Below, piece after piece: positions 1 through 13,164 of a stretch of 64,000 nucleotides of DNA. Position numbers and translations under genes: made by a program. Positions within the stretch are counted from its first letter, which is position 1. Every line of letters begins with the position of its first letter. The DNA is from Octopus vulgaris (lineage: Eukaryota). The stretch is taken from the NCBI GenBank assembly GCA_951406725.2, contig OX597842.1:1116001-1180000 (forward strand). The letters run 5' to 3'. The notes beneath the pieces were generated by a model. The model saw only the letters and a program-made list of their open reading frames with translations, did not search any database and was not told the origin of the DNA.

Positions 1-678
1 GCCGATTTCTAAAGGAAAGAAAAAGGTCAATAAATACTTGCCATTACATTTTTAATCAACCAAATATGAACCATTTTGTTGCACAATGCGTCTCCATCTT
101 TCCTTTAACTTGAAAATACCCTCTTCCCAGAATTGAGGTGGTTTCATGGCAAAGAATTCATCAAGGTATCTTTTTATGTCATCCAAGGAATTGAAATTTT
201 TACCATTAAGACTATTCTGCAAAGACCTGAATAAGTGGAAATCCGAATTTTTGTCTGGTTCCCAAAGCATCAAGTGCTGAAAATGAACTTTCTTATCTTC
301 CATTTTAAAGGGTTACAGAATTAACACAGGTTATAGGAACATAAACCTTCTTCCACGAAAAGATAGCTTAAACTGTGCTCTAAATGGAGGTGTAGTCAAA
401 TCCTATTTTATGGACTCAACCATGTTCTAAAATAAGTCGAAAGGTAAGCTACTATAAATCGGCCGAGCTGCAGCAATTTTTGTCTGGTTCCCAAAGCATC
501 AAGTACTGAAAATGAACTTTCTTATCTTCCATTTTAAAGGGTTACAGAATTAACACAGGTTATAGGAACATAAACCTTCTTCCACGAAAAGATAGCTTAA
601 ACTGTACACTAAATGGAGGTGTAGTCAAATCCTATTTTATGAACTCAACCATGTTCTAAAATAAGTCGAAAGGTAAGT
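1..678 (-). mobile_element. Internally deleted mariner transposon with tandemly duplicated 5' region; runs off the window start
   Basis: ORF 52-303 fuses a mariner N-terminus (MEDKKVHFQHLMLWE) to a C-terminus (SDFHLFRSLQNSL...KLKERWRRIVQQNGSYLVD). 249-460 is repeated at 478-678. GCCGATTT at base 1 matches the TIR of the copy at 28159. Confidence 0.85.
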
Positions 679-794
679 GAAACAAGCATTTTACATGCCA
701 CCGGCATGGGAGCCAGTCAGGGGGCACTGGCATCGGTCACATTCCAATGGTGCTGTTTATGTACTGCCAGCACAGGAGCCTGTCAGGTAGCCCT

Positions 795-1008
795 CAAATT
801 TTGGCAAAAAAGATCAGCAATTTCAAGGAAAGGGGATTTGTAGATTACATCGCCCCCAATGCTCAACTGGTGCTTATTTTATCAACCCCCAAAAAGACAA
901 AAGATAAAGCCAACCTCAACAGAATTCAAACTTACGACATAAAATACAGACAAAATGCCGTGAAGCATTTTGCCCAAAGTTCTAACAATTCTGTCAGCTC
1001 ACCACCTT
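795..1008 (-). mobile_element. SINE family B copy (diverged)
   Basis: Reverse complement similar to the full copy at 29337-29574. Confidence 0.7.
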
Positions 1009-1602
1009 AACTTTCTCAAATATTATTTTTGCCTTTGGTCACCTGTTATTTACACCTGTCTGTTGCCTGTCTTCAGGATTCTGTATCCCGTCATCTGATT
1101 CTCCTAATTCCAGTTTGTCGTCTGTCATTAATTCTATCGTATCTCACCTGTCGTATACAATTTCCTTCAGTTCTTGCCTCGTCTTTTACATCTAAGAATC
1201 ACTCATCCATTATCGTTAATCATGAATCTTATAAAAATCACTCTTTTTTTTTAACTGTCTCTGGTATTTGACTTGTTTCATTCATTTGACTGTGGCCAAG
1301 CTGGGGCACCACCTTGAAGGGTTTTAGACAAACAAATTGTCCCAAACACTGATTTCCTCTGAACTCTGGTACTTATTCTATCATTTATATTTTACTTGTT
1401 TCAGTCATTAGACTGTGGCCAAGCTGGAGCACCACTCTGAAGAATTTTAGTCAAGCAAATCGAGCCCAGTACTTATTATTCTTTTAATATCTGGAACTTT
1501 TTCTATCAGTCTCTTTTACTCAACAGCTAAGTTACAGGGATGTAAACATACCAACATCGGCTGTCAAGTAGTGGTGGGAGACAAACACATATACCCCACC
1601 TC

Positions 1603-1635
<33 letters not shown>

Positions 1636-1638
<3 letters not shown>

Positions 1639-1863
1639 TTTAATCTTTTATTTGTTTCAGTCATTTGACTGTGTCCATGCTGGAGCACCGCCTTTAGTCG
1701 AACAAACTGACCCCAGGACTTATTCTTTGTAAGCCTAGTACTTATTCTATTGGTCTCTTTTGTTGAACTGCTAAGTTACAGGCACATAAACACACCAACA
1801 TCAGTTGTCAAGTGATGCTGGGAGACAAACACAGACACACAAACATATACACACACATACATT

Positions 1864-1935
<72 letters not shown>

Positions 1936-2230
1936 ACGAAAAAAACAAAAGACGAAGACAGGGGGTGTACAAAACAAACAGATGTATTAGTATAACGCTC
2001 AGGAATAGAAAAAAGTCTTTTACGTTTCAAGCCTACGCTCTTCTACAGAAAGGGGCACAAAAAAAAACAAGGAGAGAAAAAAATGTGTGTAATGGCTAAT
2101 ATGTATATATGACGGGCTTCTTTCAGTTTCTGTCTACCAAATTCATTCACAATGCATTGGTCAACCCAAGGTTATAGTAGAAGACACTTGCTCAAGGTGC
2201 CATGCAGTGGGACTGAATCCAAAACCATGT
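1636..2230 (-). mobile_element. SINE family A (tRNA-headed, internal TA/CA tract, (AGAGTAAA) tail; probably the octopus OK-type SINE), interrupted at ~1932-2100; extra 3' fragments at 1270-1600
   Basis: Matches the many copies in this window (TTTCAGTCATTTGACTG...GGACTGAA). Confidence 0.85.
2017..2052 (-). ncRNA. Minimal type-I hammerhead-like motif with A6U core variant, in a Penelope-like insert (~1932-2100)
   Basis: Minus strand reads CUUU-CUGUAGA-A-GAGC(GUAG)GCUU-GAAA-CG-UA-AAAG. Confidence 0.5.
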
Positions 2231-2249
2231 ATGTATATATATATGTGTA

Positions 2250-2490
2250 TAGAAATTAAATATAAATTACAAAATGGGACAAGAACGCAAAAACACACAA
2301 AGAGACACAAAAAAACAGACGGGTCATTCGAAGCTTCTAATCTTCAGTCGGGAACCGGATCATCATAGCAATTTCAGCTGATTAATCCTCTATATCGCTC
2401 CGATACGGCCAGCCCCAAAGAAAAACTAAGCCACGGGCATTAGATTTCTTGGAAAGAGGATCGAATGTATACGAAACAAGGACAGGGTGC
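2250..2490. repeat. Dispersed repeat abutting (TA)n; opposite-orientation copy at ~31180-31520
   Basis: ACAAAATGGGACAAGAA...GATCGAATGTATAC matches the reverse complement of 31324-31505. Confidence 0.7.
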
Positions 2491-2827
2491 CACACGAATC
2501 GCCATCTCTCCTCCCCTTGCTCTCTCTCTCTCTCTCTTATGCACATGTAATAGAATATAAATATGTGACAAAGATGTCCAGGTGCCAATTCATTACTGCC
2601 ATTTGAAGCTGCTTCATCTAATTGATTAATGAGAACATTACATCGATTTGAAAGAAACTGCTCCCTTCAGATGACAACATAGGCATCAAATATAAGGGAT
2701 AAACAAATTTACATCAATAATGGAAACAAGGAATAGATAACCTAATTGCAACCCTATAATGAAATCCCACCAGTCCCCTCCAACCAAATTTCAGGCCTTG
2801 TACCTTTAGTAGAAAGGATTATTATTA

Positions 2828-4020
2828 TTATTACCTCTACCTTAGCGAAGACAGAGGTATTGGAAAAGATTTTCCCCACAAATTCCTTTACAATCGTAAT
2901 GTATGCCGTTTCAAATATATTTCTATAGAAATTTCATTGAAAAACACTCCATTTTCCTAAAAGTTACGAGGGAAAAGTTTGAATTTTGTGAATTTTCCGA
3001 TGTCCTCTCCCCAACCGCTGGGAAAAGATTTTCCCCCAAAAAAAATTCTTTATAATCGTAATGTATGCCTTTTGAAAGGTATTTCTATAAAATTTCATTG
3101 AAAAAAACCACCATTTTCCTAAAAGTTACGAGGCAAAAGTTCGGATTTTGTGAATTTTCCGATGTCCTCTCTCCAACCGCTTGGAAAAGATTTTCCCACC
3201 AAAATTTCTTTATAATCGTAATGTATGCCATTTGAAAGGTGTTCACTCTTTTATCCTTGTCTCAGTCATTTGACTGCAGCCATGTTGGAGCACTGCATTT
3301 AGTCGAGCAAATCGACCCCAGGACTTATTATTTGTAAGACCAGTACTTATTCTATCGGTCAATATTGCCGAACCGCTAAGTGACGGGGACGTAAACACAC
3401 CGGCATCGGTTGTCAAACGATGTTGGGGGGACAAACACAGACACACACACATATATATATAAATATATATATATACATATATACGACGGGCTTCTTTCAG
3501 TTTCCGTCTACCAAATCCACTCACAAGGATTTGGTCGGCCCGAGGCTAGAGGAGACACTTGCCCAAGGTTTCACGTAGTGGGTCTGAACTCGGAACCATG
3601 TGGTTCGTATGCAAGCTACTTAACACACAGCCACTCTTACGCCTATTTCTATAAAATTTCATTGAAAAAAACCCCCATTTTCCTAAAAGTTACGAGGGAA
3701 AAGTTCGGATTTTGTGAATTTTCCGATGTCCTCTCCCCAACCGCTTGGAAAAGATTTTCCAAAAAACATTTCTGTATAATCGTAATGTATGCCATTTGAA
3801 GGGTATTTCTATAAAATTTCATTGAAAAAACCCTAATTTTCCTAAAAGTTACGAAGGAAAAGCTTGAATTTTGTAAATTTTCCGAAGTCTTCTCCCCAAC
3901 CGCTTGGAAAAAATTTTCCCCAAAAATTTCTTTACAATCGTAATGTATAACATTTGAAAGGTATTTCTATAAAATTTCATTGAAAAAAAGCCATTTCTCT
4001 AAAAGTTACGAGGGAAAAAG
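2828..4020 (+). mobile_element. Helentron/HINE-like element: terminal hairpin followed by a tandem ~155-bp array, split by a SINE
   Basis: TTATTACCTCTACCTTAGCGAAGACAGAGGT hairpin at 2828-2858. The unit TTTCTATAAAATTTCATTGAAAA...CCAACCGCTTGGAAAAGATTTTCC...GAAAGGTA repeats about 5 times. Confidence 0.55.
3243..3643 (-). mobile_element. SINE family A, full length, inserted in the 155-bp array
   Basis: The array unit resumes on both sides (GAAAGGT | ATTTCTATAAAA). Confidence 0.9.
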
Positions 4021-7000
4021 TCGGACGTAAATATTAACTGAATCGAAAAATAAGGATAACTCTAAGAAATATTCTGAAGTGTTTATAATGGTATAATGTT
4101 TGAAAGGCACAGTGTGTTGTAATTCAATTACTAAGTTATATAATACCAGAAGCGAAGTAGAATCAATGTTTAATGTAAACCATGATGGTATAAAACGAAA
4201 ATATAACCTCGCAGAATAGTCTGTCATAAAATAATGGGACCATTGTCAAAAAGACCAAAAATTAAATAAATTTTAAAGTCTTTGGTATATAGACCAACCC
4301 TTAAAGGAAGTTTTCCGTAATATTGTTAAGGTAACGACATAATTTCAAGTATGAACATTATGAGCAAAACGATAAATAATACAAAGTGAAATGTTAAACT
4401 TGACATAGAAATAGTTTAGGAATTGTTGGTTGTGGAATATTCAAAGAAAAATAATCTCAAGGAAACGTACTTTTTGCTAGAAGTCCAAAGAGTGGAAATA
4501 AATCCGAGTGAAGACAAACATTTTACCACAATTAACAGTTTACTAATTGAAATAACGTTTGTAAAATAGGAATTCGATAAAAACGAAATACAATTTCGTT
4601 TTCCATAATTGTTACCCACGTTTGAACTACCCTGCATTATTTTCTACAAACAATTTAGGTGAATAATGCACATTTTTTAGCGCCAGTCAAAGTTATTATC
4701 AAATTTTTAAAAAAAGGCACATTTATTATTATTATAGTTCCTATCAAAAACGACTATATAAGAAAAAATTGTCGACTATATAAGATAACAAAATGGACGC
4801 CCTAACGTGACCAACCAATGTAAAAAAAAAACTTTAAGAAAACGTTTATGCCCAGCAATAAAAAATGTCTGGTTTTCATTCCCAATTACTGCAGCATTTT
4901 TGTGCAATCTTTGCGTGCACTTAATAGCTAATTGAGTAAAGCTCACATCTGAGTACAACTCATCTCATTTCTCGCACTGCTCAACAGGACCCAATCTCGA
5001 TTTTCGAAAAAAAATAAGTAGATGGATGGCAGACGAAGCTGCCTATAAAATTTCAATGAAATTGGATGAATGGTTCAGAAGATAATTGCGGTCGGATGGA
5101 ATTGTCCATAAGATTATATATATATATATGTATATATATATACACACACACAAGTTCCTTTCAGTTTCTGTCCCCCAAATCCACTCATGAGGCTTTGGTC
5201 TGCCCGTAGTTACAGCAGACGACACTTGTCCAAGGTTCCACTCAGTGGGACTGAACCTGGGGCCATATTGTTGTGAAGCAAGCTTCTTACCACGCAGTCC
5301 TCTCCCCACCCGCTTGGAAAAGATTTTCCACCCAAATTTCTTTATAATCGTAATGTATGTCGTTTGAAAGGTATTTCTATAAAATTTCATTGAAAAACAA
5401 CCCCATTTCTCTAAAAATTACGAGGGAAAAAATCGGACGTAAATATTAACTGAATCGAAAAATAAGGATAACTTAAAGAAATATTCTGAAGTGTTTTTAA
5501 TGGTATAACGGTTGAAAGGCACAGGGTGTACTAAGTTAATTACTAAGTTATATAATACCAGAAGCGAAGTAGAATCAATATTAATGTAAACCATGATGGT
5601 ATAAAACGAAAATATAACCTCGCAGAATATTCTGTCATAAAATAATGGGACCAATTGTGGTCAAAAAGACCAAAAATTGAATAAATTTTAAAGTCTTTGG
5701 TGTATAGACCAACCCTTAAAGGAAGTTTTCCGTAATATTGTTAAGGTAACGACATAATTTCAAGTATGAACATTATGAGCAAAACGATAAATAATACAAA
5801 GGCAAATGTTAAACTTTACATAGAAATAGTTTAAGAATTGTTGGTTGTGGAATATTCAAAGAAAAATAATCTCATTGAAACGTACTTTTTGCTTGAAGTC
5901 CAAAGAGTGGAAATAAATCCGAGTGAAGACAAAAATTTTACAAATGACAGTTTACTTATTGAAACAACGTTTGTAAAACAGGAATTCAATAAAAACGAAA
6001 TACAATAAGTTTGATAATGCTTTCGTTTTCCATAATTGTTAGCCACGTTTGAACAACCCTGTATTATTTTCTACAATTTAGGTGAATAATGCACATTTTT
6101 TAGCACCAGTCAAAGTTATTATCAAATTTTAAAAAAAAGGCACATTTATTATTATTATTATTATTATAGTTCCTATCAAAAACGACTATGTAAGAAAAAC
6201 ATTGTCGACTATATAAGATAACAAAATGGACGCCCTAACGTGACCAACCAATGTGAAAAAAAAAAACCTTTTGAAAATTTGTTTACGAAAACGTTTATGC
6301 CCAGCAATAAAAAATGTCTTGTTTTCATTACTGCAGCATTTTTGTGCAATCTTTGAGTGCACTTAACAGCAGATTGAGTAAAGCTCACATGTGAGTACAA
6401 CTCATCTCACGTCTCGTACTGCTCAACAGGACCCAATCTCTTGCTGGATGGCAGACGAAGCTCTGTACAAAATTTCAATGAAATTGGATGAATGATTCAG
6501 AAAATAATTGCGGTCGTATGGAACTGTCACACACACAGAAAACTTCAGCTTTATTTATATATATATAAGATTATATGTGGTCAAAAATATCAAAAATTGA
6601 ATAAATTTTAAAGTCTTTGGTGTATAGACCAACCCTTAAAGGAAGTTTTCCGTAATATTGTTAAGGTAACGACATATTTTCAAGTATGAACATTATGAGC
6701 AAAAGGATTAAATAGTACCAAGTCAAATGTTAAACTTAAGATAGAAATAGTTTAGGAATTGTTGGTTGTGGAATATTCAAAGAAAAATAATCTCAAGGAA
6801 ACGTACTTTTTGCTTGAAGTCCAAAGAGTGGAAATAAATCCGAGTGAAGACAAACATTTTACCACAATTAACAGTTTACTAATTGAAATAACGTTTGTAA
6901 AACAGGAATTCGATAAAAAACGAAATACAATAAGTGTGATAATGCTTTCGTTTTCCATAACTGTTACCCATGTTTGAACTACCCTGCATTATTTTCTGCA

Positions 7001-7462
7001 AACAATTTAGGTGAATAAGGCACATTTTTTAGCGCCAGTCAACGTTATTATCAAATTTAAAAAAAAGGCACATTTATTATTATTATAGTTCCTATAAAAA
7101 ATGACTATATAAGAAAAAATTGTCGACTATATAAGATAACAAAATGGACGCCCTAACGTGACCAACCAATGTAAAAAAAAAGGTTTATGCCCAGCAATAA
7201 AAAACGTCTTCGTTTTCTTTCCTAATTACTGCAGCATTTTAGTGCAATCTTTGCGTGCACTTAACAGGTGATTGAGTAAAGCTCACATGTGAGTGCAACT
7301 CATCTCATTTTTCGCACTGCTCAACAAGACCCAATATCGATTTTCGAAAAAATAAGGAGATGGGGTCCTTGCTGGATGGCAGACGAAGCTCTGTACAAAA
7401 TTTCAATGAAATTGGATGAATGGTTCGGAAGATAATTGCGGTCGTATGGAATTGTCCATAAG

Positions 7463-7512
<50 letters not shown>

Positions 7513-8235
7513 AGTTTCTTTCAGTGTCTGTCCCCCAAATCCACTCATGAGGCTTTGGTCTGCCCGTAGTTACAGCAGACGACACTTGTCCAAGGTTCCA
7601 CTCAGTGGGACTGAACCTGGGGCTATGTTGTTGTGAAGCAAGATTCTTACCACACTGTCCTTTCCCCCAACCGCTTGGAAAAGATTCCCCTCCAAAAAAA
7701 AATTCTTTATAATCGTAATGTATACCGCTTGAAAGGTATTTCTATAAAATTTCAATGAAAAACAACCCCATTTCTCTAAAAGTTACGAGGGAAAAAGTCG
7801 GACGTAAACATTAACTGAATCGAAAAATAAGGATAACTCTAAGAAATATTCTGATGTGTTTATAATGGTATAACGGTTGAAAGGCACAGGGTGTTTGTTG
7901 TAAGTTAATTATTAAGTTATATAATACCAGAAGCGAAGTAGAATCAATATTAATGTAAACCATGATGGCATAAAACGAAAATATAAACTCGCAGAATATT
8001 CTGTCATAAAATAATGGGACCAAATGTGGTCAAAAAGACCAAATGTGGTCAAAAAGACCAAAAATTGAATAAATTTTAAAGTCTTTGGTGTATAGAGCAA
8101 CCCTTAAAGGAAGTTTTCCGTAATATTGTTAAGGTAACGACATAATTTCAAGTATGAACATTATGAGCAAAAAGCGATACATAGTACAAAGGCAAATGTT
8201 AAACTTAAGATAGAAATAGTTTAGGAATTGTTATA
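3900..8235 (-). mobile_element. Tandem array of a ~1.1-1.4 kb non-autonomous Helitron-like unit (3-4 partial copies) carrying a truncated SINE
   Basis: Markers recur at 4020/5432/7797, 4775/6208/7126 and 5025/6448/7376. Minus-strand A|TCTTATATATATATAAATAAAGCTGAAG starting at 6570 is a Helitron-type 5' end. Confidence 0.65.
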
Positions 8236-8404
8236 ACAACAATTAATATAAAGCTTTCCTTCCATAAGTTTCAAGTTTCTCCATTGTTTGAAAAAAAAAA
8301 CTAGGAACATGTATCGTATATGATCAATGAACACCAGAGCAATATGTTCTGTGTATTGTTTGTGATACACAAGACAGACAAAGAATAAAATCTACCCCGG
8401 AATT

Positions 8405-8858
8405 TCACTCTCTTTTACTAATTTACTCTTTTATTTGTTTCAGTCATTTGACTGCAGCCATGCTGGAGCACTGCCTTTAATTGAGCAAATCGACCCTAAG
8501 ACTTATTCTTTGTAAGCCTAGTACTTATTCTATTGGTCTCTTTTTGCCGAACCGCTAAGTTACGGGGACGTGAACACACCAACATCGGTTGTCATTTGGT
8601 AGATGGAAACTGAAAGAAGCCTGTCGTATATATGAATATATGTATGTGTGTGCATATGGTTGTGTGTGTGTGTTTGTCCCCCAACATCGCTTGACAACTG
8701 ATGCTGGTATGTTTATGCTCCTGTAACATAGTGGTTCGGCAAAAGAGACCGATAGAATAAGTACTAGGCTTACAAAGACCAAATCCTGCTTGTCTAAAGG
8801 CGGTGCTCCAGCATGGCCACAGCCAAATGACTGAAACAAGTAAAAAAAAAGAGAGAGA
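8405..8858. mobile_element. Two SINE A 3' halves fused in inverted orientation
   Basis: The minus copy 8405-8594 switches directly to a plus copy 8595-8858. Confidence 0.8.
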
Positions 8859-9349
8859 GTATAAAATTCTGTCTGTCTGTCCGGGACCCCTGTATCTTAG
8901 TCTACATTTGCTTTACATAGACATATTATACCTTTTTGGAATTAGAATGATTTGCGGGATTGAAAATCTGCCCTTCATTTGGTTCTTAGCCATCCAGCAT
9001 TGGGATCAGGTCCAGATGAGGATTTGTCATATGCTAACAGTTGAAAATTCAAATTTTAAAAGAATTCCAAAAATCTGTGAACTTACAAGTTTTTCATTCA
9101 GCACACAGAAAGACCTGCTTAGTGATATCAATCCTGTTGCTACATTCTGAGTTCAAATTCGGCTGAGGTCGACTTTGCCTTTCATCCTTTCAGGGTCGAT
9201 AAATTAAGTACCAGTGAAACACTGGGGTCGATGTAATTGACTAGTCCCCTCCCCCAAAATGACAGGCCTTGTGTCTTTAACAGAAAAGATTATTATTGCT
9301 CTCTTTAGTTTTCGGCCACAGGCCCAATTAACCCTCTGCAGGAGCTAGC

Positions 9350-10002
9350 TTAAACTTTTCATTACTGTATTTATTTTGAGATGCTCTCTTTACTCTCTCT
9401 TTTACTCTTTTACTTGTTTCAGTCATTTGACTGCGGCCATGCTGGAGCACCGCCTTTAATCGAGCAACTCGACCCCGGGACATATACTTTTGAACGCCCA
9501 GTACTTATTCTATCAGTCTCTTTTGCCAAACCGCTAAGTGATGGGGACGTAAACACACCAGCATCGGTTGTCAAGCAATGCTAGGGGGACAAACACAGAC
9601 ACACAAACACACACACGCATATATATACATATATACAACGGGCTTCTTTCAGTTTCCGTCTACCAAATCCACTCACAAGGCTTTGGTCGGCCCGAGGCTA
9701 TAGTAGAAGACACCTGCCTAAGGTGCCACGCAGTGGGACTGAACCCGGAACCATGTGGTTGGTAAACAAGCTACTTACCACACAGCCACTCCTGCGCTTG
9801 TTACTGTATTTATTTTGAGATATTCTGTGTTTCTTTCAATTACTTTAAATATAACAAAGAATTTGGTAAAATAACTTAGTTATCATTAAGCTAGTGTCAG
9901 GAACATAAATTGGTGGAAGATTTTAATTCAAAACGTATGGAAACAAGACATTTGTACTTAGAGACATAGGTGGTTTCAGCCAGGTTGGTATCAAAAGGGT
10001 AA
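9350..10002. mobile_element. piggyBac-type MITE containing a SINE A insertion (9384-9798, minus) with a 21-bp TSD
   Basis: TTACTGTATTTATTTTGAGAT at 9362-9382 and 9801-9821. The body matches the MITE at 10081-10307. Confidence 0.75.
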
Positions 10003-10080
10003 ATTTGCAGATTTTGTTTCACTTGTTAGAAATAGCAGCCAAATCTTGTGCAAATTGAAGACACATTTGATTGACTGTCT

Positions 10081-10308
10081 TTAATCCTTTCGTTATTGTA
10101 TTTCTTTTGAGATGCTCTGCATTTCTTTCAGTTACTTTAAATATAACAAAGAATTTAGTAAAATAACTTAGTTATCATTAAGCTAGTGTTAGGAATATAG
10201 ATTGTGACTAAGGTTTGGTGGAAGATTTTAATTCAGAACTTATGGAAGCAAGATATTTGTACTACAAAGCCAGAGCTGGTTTCAGCCGGGTTGGTAACAA
10301 ATGGGTTA
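10081..10308. mobile_element. piggyBac-type MITE
   Basis: TTAATCCTTTCGTTA...GGTAACAAATGGGTTAA; termini resemble those of the element at 49884-50926. Confidence 0.75.
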
Positions 10309-10382
10309 AAAGTCTGCATGGAGTGTGGCTTTTAAGCCAGTCTATTATAATTTCATTGATATCTAGCATGTTTCATGGCAAA

Positions 10383-10909
10383 AATCAAAATCAAAGTGAA
10401 ATTCGATGACGGGCACAAGCACCATGCGAGCCAGTTAGCAAGCGGCTAACTGGCTTCCATGCCAGTGGCACATAAAAGGCACCATTTGAGTGTGATCATT
10501 ACCAGCTTCGCCTTACTGGCACTTGTGCCACATGCTAGTAGGGTGTTAAAAGCACCATCTGAGCATGATCATTGCCAGAGCGGCTTACTGGCTTCCATGC
10601 CATAGGTATGTAGGAGGCACCATTCAAGCAGAATCGTTACCAGCATCACCTTACTGGCACCTGTGTTGCTGGCACGTGGAAAAAAATTCGAGCGAGGTCG
10701 TTGCCAGTATAGCCTGACTGGCCCCTGTGCTGGTGGCATGTAAAAGCAGCCACTATGCTCTCGGAGTTGTTGGCGTTAGGAAGGGCATCCAGCTGTAGAA
10801 ACTCTGCCAGATCAAGACTGGAGTCTGGTGCAGCCATCTGGTTCGCCAGCCCTCAGTCAAACCGTCCAACCCATGCTAGCATGGGAAGCAGACGTTAAAC
10901 AATGATGAT
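10383..10909 (+). mobile_element. RTE LINE (family R1) 3' UTR fragment with (GAT)n tail
   Basis: GTGGCAC..AAAAGCACC subrepeats, GGAAGGGCATCCAGCTG, GACGTTAAAC(GAT)n. The same UTR follows an RTE ORF2 end at 42540. Confidence 0.75.
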
Positions 10910-11639
10910 GCCCAAAGATTTTCATATGACTGTCCTTAGAACCCATGCTTGTTTTTAGGTATTTAGTGAATCCTTGTTTCGTGTGCTCAGACTATAATGT
11001 AAAGTTTTCCTTTCATAAGTCCCACTCTTGTGGCTGAAAAGAATTGGTAATGTCTATCATATATGATGCATGGTCGACGGGGAAATATGTCCTGTGAATC
11101 ATGAGTGAGACGAGATGGGTAAAAGGTTAAAAATGGAAAACAGAAAAGACAATTGTAGAAGACAGAAAAGAAAACCACGACAATGGAAACCAGGTGACTG
11201 ACAAAGAACAAAAATGGCAGGCAACAAAAGGTAAAATAACGTTGTTAAAAATGGGTGAAAAAGAGAAAAAATAGAAGATTGTTCAAGAGAGATAGATTGA
11301 CAGATGTCTGAAGATGTAGACGAAGTAGATATGTCAAGAGATATACAGTATTATATTGTGAATTAATAGTTTCAAACTCAGCTAGTCGTTGTCATTGTTA
11401 AAGATATGTATTATAGGAGAGCGATGTGGAAGAAGTTTTGAAAATATTTCCTCGATAAGATCATCATTAAAAGTTTTATAGTTAATAAAATATAGTGATT
11501 AGAATATAGAAAGGAGAAAATAAAGATGGCAAATGATAGAAAATGGCAGAGAGAAGAGAGACGGGAAGAAACGGGTAGCAGAAGATTGAAGAAAATTTGA
11601 AGATTTATGATGGGAAAGAAGAGGGGGGTTAGAACAAAA

Positions 11640-13070
11640 AGGAAGAGAGATGTTAATTTAGAGAGAAGAATATGAAAGAATGTAGAAGTGAGAAATAGGA
11701 GCAGACAGAAGCAGAAGGTAACTGGAAGAGAAAAAATTTATGATGGAAGATTGGAGTATGATGAATAAAATTGAAAAAAAATTATAGATGAAGACCGACA
11801 TAAGTGAACAGGAATTGTAAACTGTAGAAAATAGAGAAGAAATGAGCAGAAGACAAAGAAGATGGAATGTAGGGAGGTGAAGGAAATAGGAAAAAGCAGA
11901 CGATTGAAGCAGAAGGTAAATGGAAGAGAAAATATTTATGATGGATGATTGAAGTAAGATGAACAAAAAATAACAGATGAAGACTGACACAAGTGAACAG
12001 AATTGTAAACTGTAGGAAATAGAGAAGAAATGAGCAGAAGACAAAGAAGACAGAATGTAGGGAGGCGAAAAAGACAGGAGAAAGCAGATGATAGAAGCAG
12101 AAGGTAAGTGGAAAAGCGGATATTTAAGATGGATGATTGAAGTAAGATGAACAAAACTGAATAAAAATAACAGAAGATGACTGATGCAAGTGAACAGAGT
12201 TGAGAGTATGAATACATAAACAAGTGCCTGTCCAACAGTGATTGCATCATCCATACTCTCAACAATGCGCCCTTAAATATGGTTTCTGATTACAAATATC
12301 TTGGGTCATACATATCATCATCTGAAAAAGATTTTCTAACTAGAAAGGGTATGGCCTGGTCAGCCTGTAATGACATGCATAAGATCTGGTCATCAAATCT
12401 AAGTAGAGACTTCAAACTTGAAATCTTCAAAGCCACAGTCGAACCAATTCTACTATATGGCTCAGAAACCTGGACGTTATCAAAGAAGCTTGAGAGGCAG
12501 TTGGATGGAACTTACACTCGCCTCCTTATAAAAGCTCAAAATCTCTCGTGGAAGCGTCATCCAACCAAAGTACAAATATATGGAAACTACCACCTGTGTC
12601 ATCTCTTGTGAAAGGTAGGAGAATCCAGTTTGCTGGACATTGTTGTAGAATTGAAAACGAGGTAATTTCTACTCTTCTCCTCTGGAAGCCATCTACTCGC
12701 AATACCAGAGGGTGCACACTCTCCTACCCTGATGTAATCTCCAGGGATACAGGCATCCAGCAACAGGACCTCCGTAATGCTATGATGGACCGTGAAGTCT
12801 GGTGTAGCATGGTAAATTCCATTGTCTCGACCACGGTCGAACAATGATGATCTGATGAGTGAACAGAACTGTAAACTGTAGAAAATAGAGAAGATGTAAT
12901 GTCAGGAATGAGAAGACGACGGAATGTAGGGAGGCGAAGAAGACAGGAGAAAGCAGATGATAGAAGCAGAAGGTAAATGGAAGAGAAGCAGAAGTTAAAT
13001 GGAAGAGACAATATTTAAGATGGAGGATTAAAGTAAGATGAACAAAACTGAAAGAAAATAAATCTTTTGG
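11640..13070. repeat. Purine-rich ~190-bp tandem repeat, split by an RTE fragment
   Basis: GTGAACAG.AATTGTAAACTGTAG.AAATAGAGAAGA recurs at ~11803, 11992 and 12859. Confidence 0.75.
12199..12857 (+). mobile_element. 5'-truncated RTE/RTE-X LINE (RT C-terminus, one frameshift) with short TGA tail and 10-bp TSD
   Basis: YKYLGS...LLYGSETWTL...RIQFAGHC...AMMDREVW. AGTGAACAGA at 12189-12198 and 12858-12867. Confidence 0.9.
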
Positions 13071-13164
13071 ACAAAAGAAGTTGAACGTTAAGGGTTTTGC
13101 AACCCCATATTTACATGCTGTTATGTATGGTTTTATCATCAGCTTTGAGATCCAGTATTCCCAA

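Noticed and set aside
2320-2358. Hammerhead at minus-strand CTGAAGA
   Set aside because: No GAAA and no consistent stems; the second copy at ~31430 does not conserve a fold.
11658-12265. Hydrophobic 198-aa and 109-aa ORFs
   Set aside because: Antisense of a purine-rich tandem repeat.
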